Assembly (NCBI GenBank): GCA_028822845.1
Contig: JAPKCS010000004.1
Coordinates: forward strand, 14,626 to 78,625
Source of the DNA: Candidatus Poseidoniaceae archaeon
GTDB lineage: Archaea; Thermoplasmatota; Poseidoniia; Poseidoniales; Poseidoniaceae
DNA: 64,000 bases
Direction of reading: 5' to 3'
The notes beneath the pieces are model-generated. The model was not told where the DNA came from. It made no database searches and saw only the letters and a program-made list of their open reading frames with translations. This document shows positions 19,630-29,300 of the stretch, in pieces. How positions within the stretch are numbered: the first letter of the stretch is position 1; every line of letters begins with the position of its first letter. The position numbers were made by a program, and so were the translations under genes.

Positions 19630-20420
19630 GGACGCCACAACTGGTTCGATGACTCGATGTCGCCACTGAGCAAACCCGTGAGGTCGTCAAGATCATCCTG
19701 ATCAAACTCTGTTGGTAAATCACCCGAGATGAACGAACCAACAGATCGTGATTCGATGGCCCAATACATCACTGAGTTATCGTTGTTGGAGTGGCCTTTG
19801 TTATCGCTGTCTTCATGATCAGCAGGTGAAGTGTAGACGAGGTTCACCAGACCAAGCAGGTGGCCTGCTTCGTGCACGAGAACGCTGTTTTCAACCTCTT
19901 CAGCAGAAGGGCGATTGAAGAAGCCAGCTGCATCATCAACCGAGTCACCAAAGATGGCAATGGTCGAAGCGTCAACTGCCACACCGAGGACATTGTCATC
20001 TTCGTATGTGTTTGCTGGGAAGATGATTTGCCACGTCAGGGTCGAGGACTGACGTGGATCTTGGGCTTTCGAATCCCAACCTTTGTCCCGGACATCTTGT
20101 GCAGTCCATGAGCCCTCATGTCCAAATTCAGTAAGTTCGAACTTTATTTCAACGCCATTTGGCTTGTCACAGACTTGTTCAAGCCGTTCAACCAGCATGT
20201 CTGTGCTGGTTGATTCTGGTTTATATCCGGTCTCATAGTCAATTTCAACCACGAGTTTCGTGTACGTTGTGCCGTCGAGGCATGCCAACGTCAACCCACC
20301 AGGGACTCCTGGTGTTTCGAACAAATCACTGACGGCATCGGAAGCGCCAAAACACCCAGAGAGAGCAGGCATCACCAGCAGTGCAAACAGGGCAAAGCCA
20401 AACGTTTGTTTCCCTCTCAT
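19626..20420 (-). CDS. Secreted lipoprotein-like zinc metalloprotease (metzincin-like)
   Basis: Signal peptide with lipobox-like LSGC (MRGKQTFGFALFALLVMPALSGCFG). HEAGHLLGL zinc motif (about nt 19860-19874), then DHEDSD and a possible Met-turn SVMYW. Confidence 0.6.
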   Translation of the reverse strand: MRGKQTFGFALFALLVMPALSGCFGASDAVSDLFETPGVPGGLTLACLDGTTYTKLVVEIDYETGYKPESTSTDMLVERLEQVCDKPNGVEIKFELTEFGHEGSWTAQDVRDKGWDSKAQDPRQSSTLTWQIIFPANTYEDDNVLGVAVDASTIAIFGDSVDDAAGFFNRPSAEEVENSVLVHEAGHLLGLVNLVYTSPADHEDSDNKGHSNNDNSVMYWAIESRSVGSFISGDLPTEFDQDDLDDLTGLLSGDIESSNQLWRP

Positions 20421-20457
20421 ATCATTGCCTCCAATCCTGACTTTTCAAACCCATGCT

Positions 20458-20910
20458 TTACCAGTCTTCAGGGATGTCAAGTGGGGAGAACAACTGACCG
20501 GGGCCTTGTGCCCGAGCAAGTTGAGACCTCGACAACGCTTCCCATGGTCGCAAAGCCAGCAAGCCTTCTGCAAGCGTGGCTTCAATTTCGACCAATGTCA
20601 CACGAATCAGAGTGGAGAGAATATCCATTCGGTCTTCGTCGATGATTTTGAACACCTTTTCCAAATCAAACGTTGCACTGACATCGCCAGGGGTTCCCTC
20701 TTCGATGGCCCATGGAGCAGTGATACGCTCGCTGAAACTCTGACCAGTCGCCTCAATGTGATCATCGAGCGATCGTGAAAGTCCGGCAATATGACGGCCG
20801 ACTACGAGGCTCACTTCGATGAGGGGCATGCTGAGTTGGTTGATCAAATTGACAACACGCTCTTGCATGGTGACCATGCCTTCGACCGCTTCATCCGAAT
20901 CGCTGCCCAT
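20458..20910 (-). CDS. Hypothetical acidic cytoplasmic protein, 10 nt downstream of the 1807-aa gene
   Basis: 150 aa, no signal peptide or TM, ends in PLDIPEDW. Operon position between the giant surface protein and the metalloprotease. Confidence 0.5.
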   Translation of the reverse strand: MGSDSDEAVEGMVTMQERVVNLINQLSMPLIEVSLVVGRHIAGLSRSLDDHIEATGQSFSERITAPWAIEEGTPGDVSATFDLEKVFKIIDEDRMDILSTLIRVTLVEIEATLAEGLLALRPWEALSRSQLARAQGPGQLFSPLDIPEDW

Positions 20911-20920
20911 GACAAACGCC

Positions 20921-23900
20921 TCACTTCAACATCGATTCAACGAACTGCCAGCCAAAGTGGTTCCATTGGTCTTGAGTCCATCCATCTGGTAAGCCAGTTG
21001 GGGGGAGTGGTGGTGGTGCACGCTGACCGCTTGGTGCAGTTGCTGGTGCCGCTGTTGGTTGAGGTTCGGGTGCTGTTGCAACAGGAGCCGCCGCTTCGAT
21101 GCTTGGAATCGCCTTGCCAGCGTCCATCTCTTCGATCACATCATCGGTGGCATCAACTGCGCCACCTTCGAGCTCCTGGGTACGAATCCGTCGGTTCATC
21201 ACAAGCATCCACATTGCTAAGGAGAGCGAAACGAGAGCCACAAGGTAGAGAACGATGGCAAAGGTGCTTTCCGCAGCTTGCTGAGCAAGTGCATCAGCGT
21301 CACGTACAGTTTCTCCTTTGACGATGAGTGGGTCGACTGTGCGGCGATCCATTTCGACTTCATCAACGAGAACAAGCATTCGGTATTCGACGGTTTCACC
21401 TTCGCTGACATCAGCAGCGGTGGGCAACTGTGCTTCGGTCATTCCGCCTGCAGAAGCAACGACATCAACGCGTGCAACTTCAGCCCAGAAACCACCTTCG
21501 ACTGCACGTTGGAGAACAAACGCAACATCGCCTTTGCCACCTTGGTTACGTACGGATACATCCAAAGTCACCCCTTCACCTTCCACAGGGGACGGGTTGC
21601 TCCAAGAAAGAATCGAGTCTTCATGACCGAGGTCCATGGACGGACCGACCAGCGCCAATGGCCAAGAAGCGATTGGGGCATCGATGGAATTATCCATGGT
21701 ATCGAATGGGTTGCCTGCTTCATCGGAGCCTGAAACCCATATGTCGACAACGTATGATGGCAACAAAACAGTTGCACCTGCATCGGTCAGATCGAGGTTA
21801 CCTGTCCAGAAGAATTGGTCTCCGAAAGGAGTGGTGTCAGGCAGCGGTACGCTACCACGAGAAATCTCTGCTTCACCAGCACGAACTCTGTAGTGGAGCA
21901 CGGCCGGTTCGTCAAGGTCGAAGCCATAGTCGTCAATTGTCTCCAACATCACGAGTAAATCACCGGCTTCTCCGATGGACAAAGGTGAACCTGACGACAC
22001 CTCGTCCAAAGAAATGGCAGCAATCGTTGGTCGAGTGCTGTCCACAGCAAGGCGGACGCGAGGAATAATCGAAGTCTCATCGAGGGCGATACCAGGCAAG
22101 TCATCCAAATCCAAACGAAGGTCAAGGTGGCCGGACCTCACCGATGGAATCAATAAATCAAGGCTGAATTCACCAGCTTCTCTGGTTGATGTTCGCCAAC
22201 GGTGGTCATAGTCACCAAAAATCACATCAAAAGCGCCTGCTGGTGCAGGTGTTTCATCCTCAGAGAAGAGGACACGTCCACTCACTCGCAACGCTTGTCC
22301 AGCACCGATCAACGTTTCCTTGAATTCTGCGTTGTAGTGGTTGGTACCATCCCGGAGTTCCACGGCACGAATGTGCCCATCCATGGTGTCGAATCTGAAG
22401 TCATTATCGAGGCTCCAAGCATCGTTTCCAAGTCCTTCCTTTGCTTCGAAACAAGGGGTTGTCTCACCGACGTTGCATGGCAAGTCAGTGACTAAGATCT
22501 TGGGAATCACCCGTGATTCACCGTTTGTGTCAAATGATTCAGGGAAGGTCCATGTCAGTTGGAACCTTGCTAAAATCTTGATGATGCTGTTGTTGTCCTC
22601 ATCTAGGGAGACCGAAGAATACAGGTTGGAGACGGCGATGTTATCCGAACCAGAGGTCATCAAAGCCATTGGCTCACCCTGCTCGTTGGCCATGAGCGAA
22701 ATGAACACTGATGTGTCCTCATCTTCGTAATCGCCGCCAAGAGCCAACTGAACATACTGAATGTCTTGCCAACCGTTTCGGTCAGAAAGCACAATTTGAG
22801 CGGAGTAAGGGATCCCGGGATGCAACGCACTGTTGTCATCATGGCCGAGAATGGTGGAGTTATCTAAGTCCAATTCAGGTTGAAATTCAACCCGGATTTT
22901 GTAGGTGCCAAGGTCGTTGTCCCAGTCAGGGGTGGTTTCACCAGGTGCATAGCCGCAAGGTTGGTTGGAATCTGGGCAGACTGGTCCACGTCCCATAGCA
23001 ACAGCGTTGTTTTGGGCATCCTTTCCGGTGACATAGTAGGAGACCAGTTGGCCGTGTTGGAGCATCGAGTCATCGACGAGGCCCTGGAAGATGTTCAAAC
23101 CTCCAGCAATTATTTCTGGAGAAGAAAGCGTCTTGATTTCATATTCGTCTTCATTTGGAAGTCCATCAAAGTTGTAATCGCTGCATCCAATAGCGGTGCT
23201 GGCTTTACATCCAATCCAATAATGCAAGGAAATTTGATTTGGAGGTTCAACTGAATCTTGGATGACGACGCTCAATGATTGACCACCTGGAGCAGGTGGA
23301 CCTGCATGACGCTCTTCGCCATCGCCCGGTGTGGAAGACAAAACAAGAGGAGAGTTTCCATCCAAAATCAACCGCAGTGAGTTGTAACCCGGGTTGACAT
23401 ACGTCGACCCAGCGGGCAGATCGGTTGCAATGACGTAGAACACCATGCCCCCGGGCGATGATTCAAGAGGGGCAGTGAACGACATGTTGTATTCACCAAA
23501 AGCCGGGTTTTGTTCTGTAACAAGCACCACTGGCTCACCCATTGGATCGCCATCATTGGTGACGTTTTGGCCGATGATGGTGAGGTTAAATTGTCCTGCA
23601 GGTGGAGAGATTTGGGAGTTTTGGAAGTGGATGCCTCCAGTGAACGTGAGGTTGAATCCACCCCGTACCCAATCGAGGTTGTACAGTTCACGACCGGTTT
23701 CCTCGTAGACACGGACACCATCGAGTTGAATGTCATTTTCCACAATCAAATCGAGCGATGAGGTTTGCCAAGCCGCTACGGCGAGACCAAGATCATCTTC
23801 GACTGAAATCAGAGCCTCTGTGCCTGCTTCATCGTCCCAACTCCAATCGACCTTCATCGGCATACGAATCGAGACAACACCCAAGGCATCGGTGGTTGAG

Positions 23901-26344
23901 GTGCAGTTTGCGGCATCAAACATCACGATTCCATCGCCATCACTGACAACGGTGCAGACATCGCCACGCTCCCAGCTGAATGCAGGGTTTTCACCGTAGG
24001 AGTTGTTCAAAGCCACCAAGACATCTGTGGCATAATCCACGTCGTCGCCAGGAGCGACACGGGTGATGAGGTTTCGATAGACGCCATCGGGTGCAACAAG
24101 ACCACCTTCGAGTGATGCATCCACTGCGCGTGTTTGCATTTTGTATGCAACATCAATGTTAGAAATTTTGACACGTCCGGAACTTGCTGCCTTTACGGCA
24201 ATTGGAACCAGGACATCACCATCGCCGTTTTCGGGAACAGCATCATTGAAGGCTGCAATCAAGGTTGGTGCAAATTTGACATCAACTGAAACAACCGATT
24301 CATCGCTTGCTTCAACGGCTGATTCATTGAGGAATAAGAGCGACTCCCAGTCCCAAACTTGGTCGTTACCGACATCGAGACGGGGGCGGTCAGGATAGCC
24401 TTCTTCATACTCTAAGAGCATCGAATCAATCGTCGGAGTCAGGCCTGGATCGCTGGTTGACATGCTGATGGCGTACCGCACGGTCGAGCCTGCTTCATCA
24501 GCGGTAAAACTCACTTCTTGGCCATTGACGGCTGGTAACCACGTCGAACCGTTGTCGTTGGAAACTTGAATTTGAAGGGAGGTTCCTGTAGGTTCAGTAG
24601 CCACCCATAGTGGTCGCACTTTGCCGACTTTTGTTCCAGCAGTGAAAGGATCAGAGGTCCATGAACCGGACGCCACATACGATGTGGCCATCTCAACATC
24701 CACCCACCACGACACAGCGGTCGAGCCAATCAGTTGCGCCTTCCAAAGCAAATCGGTTCCCGGATATGCGAAGTGTATGGTTTCGTTCGAGACAACAGAT
24801 TCCCAGTGCGTGCCGTTGTCTGCTGAGATCCAGTAATCCACTCGGTCACCCGTTGAGGCTGCTGACCAGTAAGTTTGCATGTTTGCTGCAACGATGTCTT
24901 GATCCGAGGATGTGACTGGTCCGAACCACGTGGTCGTCCCTGGCGCAGGTGTGGTTTTGTATTGCCACCCTGTTCCGTATTCACGGTAGTAAAGCGTTGA
25001 TGAGGACCAGGTCGAGTACCCACAGTCAACAGTAATGAATCGGTTTCCATCGAATTGGAGGCCGTAACCTAGAGCTGATATCAATCGTGTACCAAGTTGT
25101 GGCACGAGGGAAGTCGAGGAACCTGAGATTGACCATGCTTCGAGTTGATCCTTGTCGTTGCCTGTCGATCCTTGTTGGCACCGCATGAAGAAGGTCGATT
25201 CGTTCACTTCAAGCCCGCGAACTTGTTGTCCTGTTTTACCACATTCAAACGAAGTACCAGAAGAGGAGGAGTACGAGTACATATTGGAACCACGGGTGTA
25301 CTGACCATCAGCCGTTTCTGAAAAGGTGTAGGGCACAATACGACGTTGTGTGTTGTGGACAATCCATACTTCCTCTGACGTCCGATCATAAGCGATGGCG
25401 GTGTAGTCTGAATATTGAGGTGAGACGTCATATGAATCAATGCACGTCCACGTGTCGTCGCGAGAAATATCCAATTCCAACACTCGATGGTATTGAGTTG
25501 GAGCAGAGGAAGTGTAGTGGTAGCGGTAGCCAGACAAAATGGCGAACATGCGTTCATCATCAGTGATTGTCCAGTCACGGAATCCATAACTTCCGTAGTA
25601 AGTGCTTGGGTGGAGGGTGGCGATGGTGCAATCCGCTTGATCAAGGTTGATTGTTGATTCTCGTGTGAGGTTGTTTGGGTAAAGCCGTTGAACAATGTTG
25701 TTGAAGTTAGAAGAACTCCAGGTGGACATGAAGAGCCAATCATGGTGTTGTAAAATGGCGCCCTGTGATTGCTTGGTCAAACTTGTCGCGGTCTTTAGGG
25801 TCTGTTGAGAAAAACGGCTTTCGGTGGCATTGGAAGTGTGAGGTTGACGAAGGGCATAGGAGCCATTGTCCAACCATGCATCAGAATTGACGTCGGTCAC
25901 TTCATCGTAGCCGTGGGGGAAAAACACCTCATCTGTATTGTCAAACGCCAGACTCACATCGCCGCTCCGAGCATCTGCTGATGAGGATTGGCCGAGGATC
26001 CAATCCGAGCGATCATCGTCGACAAGTTGTGACCAACCTGTTGCAGAGGCCCCTGATAGCGTCATCGTCACATCGGTGATTTTGGCACCTCGGGGCAAAG
26101 CCATTTGGGCACCAGCATCAGCGCTGCCACCCTGATAGAGTGCTACATATTCGGTTGTGCCATCGGCAAACTCGTACACGTGGCGAGCGACACCGGATGC
26201 TTCTGCAGGTTCCACGACCACATCTGCGAGAGGGGACAGTGGAGAGAGCACCATAATGGCACAAAGCAGGAACATCACGCCGCGGCCGGATGAAATATTG
26301 TTATCCACAACGTGTCCCTCAAAGACCCACATGCGGCTCAGCAT
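20921..26344 (-). CDS. Giant (1807 aa) C-terminally anchored surface protein with Asp-box motifs and a CARDB-like stalk
   Basis: Uninterrupted 5.4-kb ORF. Hydrophobic N-terminal signal (VMFLLCAIMVLSPLSPLA). Asp-boxes SADNGTHW (nt ~24803-24826) and SNDNGSTW (~24539-24562). CARDB-like VTLDVSVRNQGGKGDVAF. TM FAIVLYLVALVSLSLAMWMLVM, then a Pro/Ala-rich tail. Alternative starts at 26332 or 26275. Confidence 0.75.
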   Translation of the reverse strand: MLSRMWVFEGHVVDNNISSGRGVMFLLCAIMVLSPLSPLADVVVEPAEASGVARHVYEFADGTTEYVALYQGGSADAGAQMALPRGAKITDVTMTLSGASATGWSQLVDDDRSDWILGQSSSADARSGDVSLAFDNTDEVFFPHGYDEVTDVNSDAWLDNGSYALRQPHTSNATESRFSQQTLKTATSLTKQSQGAILQHHDWLFMSTWSSSNFNNIVQRLYPNNLTRESTINLDQADCTIATLHPSTYYGSYGFRDWTITDDERMFAILSGYRYHYTSSAPTQYHRVLELDISRDDTWTCIDSYDVSPQYSDYTAIAYDRTSEEVWIVHNTQRRIVPYTFSETADGQYTRGSNMYSYSSSSGTSFECGKTGQQVRGLEVNESTFFMRCQQGSTGNDKDQLEAWSISGSSTSLVPQLGTRLISALGYGLQFDGNRFITVDCGYSTWSSSTLYYREYGTGWQYKTTPAPGTTTWFGPVTSSDQDIVAANMQTYWSAASTGDRVDYWISADNGTHWESVVSNETIHFAYPGTDLLWKAQLIGSTAVSWWVDVEMATSYVASGSWTSDPFTAGTKVGKVRPLWVATEPTGTSLQIQVSNDNGSTWLPAVNGQEVSFTADEAGSTVRYAISMSTSDPGLTPTIDSMLLEYEEGYPDRPRLDVGNDQVWDWESLLFLNESAVEASDESVVSVDVKFAPTLIAAFNDAVPENGDGDVLVPIAVKAASSGRVKISNIDVAYKMQTRAVDASLEGGLVAPDGVYRNLITRVAPGDDVDYATDVLVALNNSYGENPAFSWERGDVCTVVSDGDGIVMFDAANCTSTTDALGVVSIRMPMKVDWSWDDEAGTEALISVEDDLGLAVAAWQTSSLDLIVENDIQLDGVRVYEETGRELYNLDWVRGGFNLTFTGGIHFQNSQISPPAGQFNLTIIGQNVTNDGDPMGEPVVLVTEQNPAFGEYNMSFTAPLESSPGGMVFYVIATDLPAGSTYVNPGYNSLRLILDGNSPLVLSSTPGDGEERHAGPPAPGGQSLSVVIQDSVEPPNQISLHYWIGCKASTAIGCSDYNFDGLPNEDEYEIKTLSSPEIIAGGLNIFQGLVDDSMLQHGQLVSYYVTGKDAQNNAVAMGRGPVCPDSNQPCGYAPGETTPDWDNDLGTYKIRVEFQPELDLDNSTILGHDDNSALHPGIPYSAQIVLSDRNGWQDIQYVQLALGGDYEDEDTSVFISLMANEQGEPMALMTSGSDNIAVSNLYSSVSLDEDNNSIIKILARFQLTWTFPESFDTNGESRVIPKILVTDLPCNVGETTPCFEAKEGLGNDAWSLDNDFRFDTMDGHIRAVELRDGTNHYNAEFKETLIGAGQALRVSGRVLFSEDETPAPAGAFDVIFGDYDHRWRTSTREAGEFSLDLLIPSVRSGHLDLRLDLDDLPGIALDETSIIPRVRLAVDSTRPTIAAISLDEVSSGSPLSIGEAGDLLVMLETIDDYGFDLDEPAVLHYRVRAGEAEISRGSVPLPDTTPFGDQFFWTGNLDLTDAGATVLLPSYVVDIWVSGSDEAGNPFDTMDNSIDAPIASWPLALVGPSMDLGHEDSILSWSNPSPVEGEGVTLDVSVRNQGGKGDVAFVLQRAVEGGFWAEVARVDVVASAGGMTEAQLPTAADVSEGETVEYRMLVLVDEVEMDRRTVDPLIVKGETVRDADALAQQAAESTFAIVLYLVALVSLSLAMWMLVMNRRIRTQELEGGAVDATDDVIEEMDAGKAIPSIEAAAPVATAPEPQPTAAPATAPSGQRAPPPLPPTGLPDGWTQDQWNHFGWQFVESMLK

Positions 26345-26378
26345 TTAGACAATACGCAGTCTTGACACTTTAGCAAGT

Positions 26379-29300
26379 TCAGCCCGTTTGACGAGAATCA
26401 TAGCGAATTGGCGAGGAATCGCCCCTTATGCCGTCTTCCTCATCGTCATGGACTTCAAACCAGTCAACCAACCAATCTCCGTCGGTGTCCCAGTTTGTCG
26501 GGTCCGAACCTTCGGCGATGTGATCGTTGTCATGATCGAGAAGATACCAGCCAAATTCATGCTCACCGACAGCACGAACCGGTGCTGTAAAGGGCGAACC
26601 CGTGTAGTAAATTTCCCAAGAATCCGTCCAGTTTCCTGCCATGTGGACTTCGTCATCCCCTGCATCGAGTGAAAGGAAATTCGTGTCTTTGTCATCGACG
26701 ATGAAGGCAAAGCGGATATCGTTGTTGAACGACTGATCCATCTTGAGGTAATTTTCTGTGCTCGAACCGGTCTCATCCAACGAGAGCATAGCTGCTCTAA
26801 ATTGCCACCATTCCAAGACAACTTCTCCGTCATAGACCAAGCCGCTCAGTCGAACAGCATTTGGTGAGGCAAAATTTGTGTCGGTCACTGCATAGAATTC
26901 TTGGAAGTTGGTGTACGATTCATAGACACAACCTGCGCCGCTGCAATCCCAGTTTCCATCTTGATCGGGATCGAGGTTGGCATCCAGAGGATCTGCGGGG
27001 TTCATAGTGAACCACGTGAAGGTCAAATCCGGACGACCGAGCACACCATCGGCACCTTGTTGCGACAACGGGAGGCAGGAGTTGGTGGCTGTATCACAAG
27101 GACCACCGGTCGATGCGTCAATCCAGACCACCTGGATTTCCAAGTACGAACTGAAATTATCATTTGATTCGTTCCAGGCCTTTGAGTACTCATACCAATC
27201 AGGAATCATATCACCGTCGGTGTCGTTATCGCTCGGATTGATACCGTACTTGAACACTTCACGACCATCTGAAAGATTGTAATCGCGTTCGTGTGAGGTG
27301 ACTGCGCCATTGACGAGCTCGGTTGTGTAGGTGATGCTATCACCGTCTGAATCGTTCAAATCGGGCCGTGTCTGGTTGTCCCATTCCATCCAGTTGGTGA
27401 ACGGTAGATTCCCAATGCCCGGTTGAACAATGGAAGATGAAGGCGTGAAGATTCGGTCGGTCCATGTGCCCTGATCTGCAGGAATATCAAATGCTGTTCG
27501 ACCGTACCAGCCGTCTTGATCACCGTCATAGTTGACATCCCAAGGGTTGACTGGGTTCGATGCCCAATGGTTGATAGTGGAAGCATCTTCCATACCGTAG
27601 AGTGCATAACAGTACTCCCATCCGTCAGAGATACCATCGCCATCAGAATCGGTGCTGGTGGGATCTGCAACGCCAATCAACGTGCGGTTGAAGTTGTCAA
27701 AGTAAAATTCATTGATTTTCAACATACGGTCTGCGCTGTCTTGAGACTTTTCGATGAAGTCGTTGTAAAGGGCATCCATTGCTTGAGGCAACGTCATACC
27801 TGATTCTTCCATGTAAGCATTCATCGCATCTTCGCCGAAATCAATGATTCCAAGGGCGGTGGGGACGGAATTTCGTTGGTCGAACTTGCCCCAAGTTCGA
27901 GATTCCCATTCGCGAAGGTTGGAGAACACTTCTTCTTCAGAGATGGCTCCATCACCATTGCAATCGAAACTATCACCATCGGTATCGAGGTTCACATCGT
28001 TGTCAATCAATGGATTCATGCTCCATCGGTTTTGATCTAAATCCCAAACCGTGAACCAGTATTCGAAGCCGTCGTACATCCCGTCACCGTCTGTATCGGG
28101 GTTTGTTGGGTCGGTCATTCCCAACAGAATGGAAATGATCGCATTGGGTGGTTCACCCTGTTGCCAACCGTTGAAATCTGACAGCAAACGCTTGCCACGG
28201 GTCTCCTTCGTGATCAGGATGTTGAACACGCGCTGAGCCTTTTCTGTGGCTTGCTGTGCATCACCATCAATGTGAAGCAACGGTGCGTCATTCGGGTGCT
28301 CGATCCCGTTTTCGGGATTGGAAGCGGAAAGAGCAAATTCTTGGGCATCGATGAGACCATCGCCATCGCCGTCGAAATCACCATCACCAGCGACCAGAGG
28401 GTTGAGTGTCCACGTCTCGGCGGAAAGATTCCAAGCAGTGAAAAGGTGCTCAATACCGTCAAGCATGCCGTCACCATCGGTGTCGACGTTGTTTGGATCT
28501 GAGGTCCAACCACTGATGTTGATTTGATCCTGCGTCAAGAATGAACCAAAAGAAGAGCTCGTTGTTATGCTCGGCCACTGTTGAAGAGCGAAAGCGGAAC
28601 CAACGGTCGTAACGAACCACTGAGGAGAGGTTCGGTTCGCATCTGTCTCGCTGTATTCAGGAGCAATAGCATTGTACTCTTCCCAATTGGCCATTCCATC
28701 ATCATCAGCGTCTTGCCAGCGGTCTGCAGCGTCCAGTGGGTTGAGTGTCCAAGCATCGGCTAAGACATCCCATCGAGCAAACCAAATTTCCCATCCATCA
28801 GGCATACCGTCGCTGTCGCTGTCGGCATCGAAAGGATCTGCAGCACCAAGGCTGGTGCTGGTTTGAACGGCGGTGATTGCCCCTGATGCACGTGCCCCGA
28901 AGGTGGCTTCTGGTGCACCGTAATCGCTGATGTTACCAAACAAGTCAGTGCTGAAGCCATTCGGAAGTGGTTCACCAGTCATGGTCATGTTGGTGCTGAA
29001 TAAATCCGAACGAACATGGAATTCTAACCAATTCACGAAGGCTTCATTTTCTTCAAGCACACCATCATGGTTGATGTCATAGCCATCGCCATCGGGGTTT
29101 TGGAACAAGTCGGAGCCGTTGAGTGGGTTGACACCAATGCGCGAAGGGTCCCAATCGCAAGCACCGTCGGACTCCCACCCATCTGGAAGCGAGTCACCGT
29201 CGGAATCGATGTTGTTGGGGTCCGACATTGACCAAGACTCGGCTGATGCTGGAGTTTCGCCGTGTGATTCGAGCAAAAGACCCTCGAGGGCAGCGCCACG

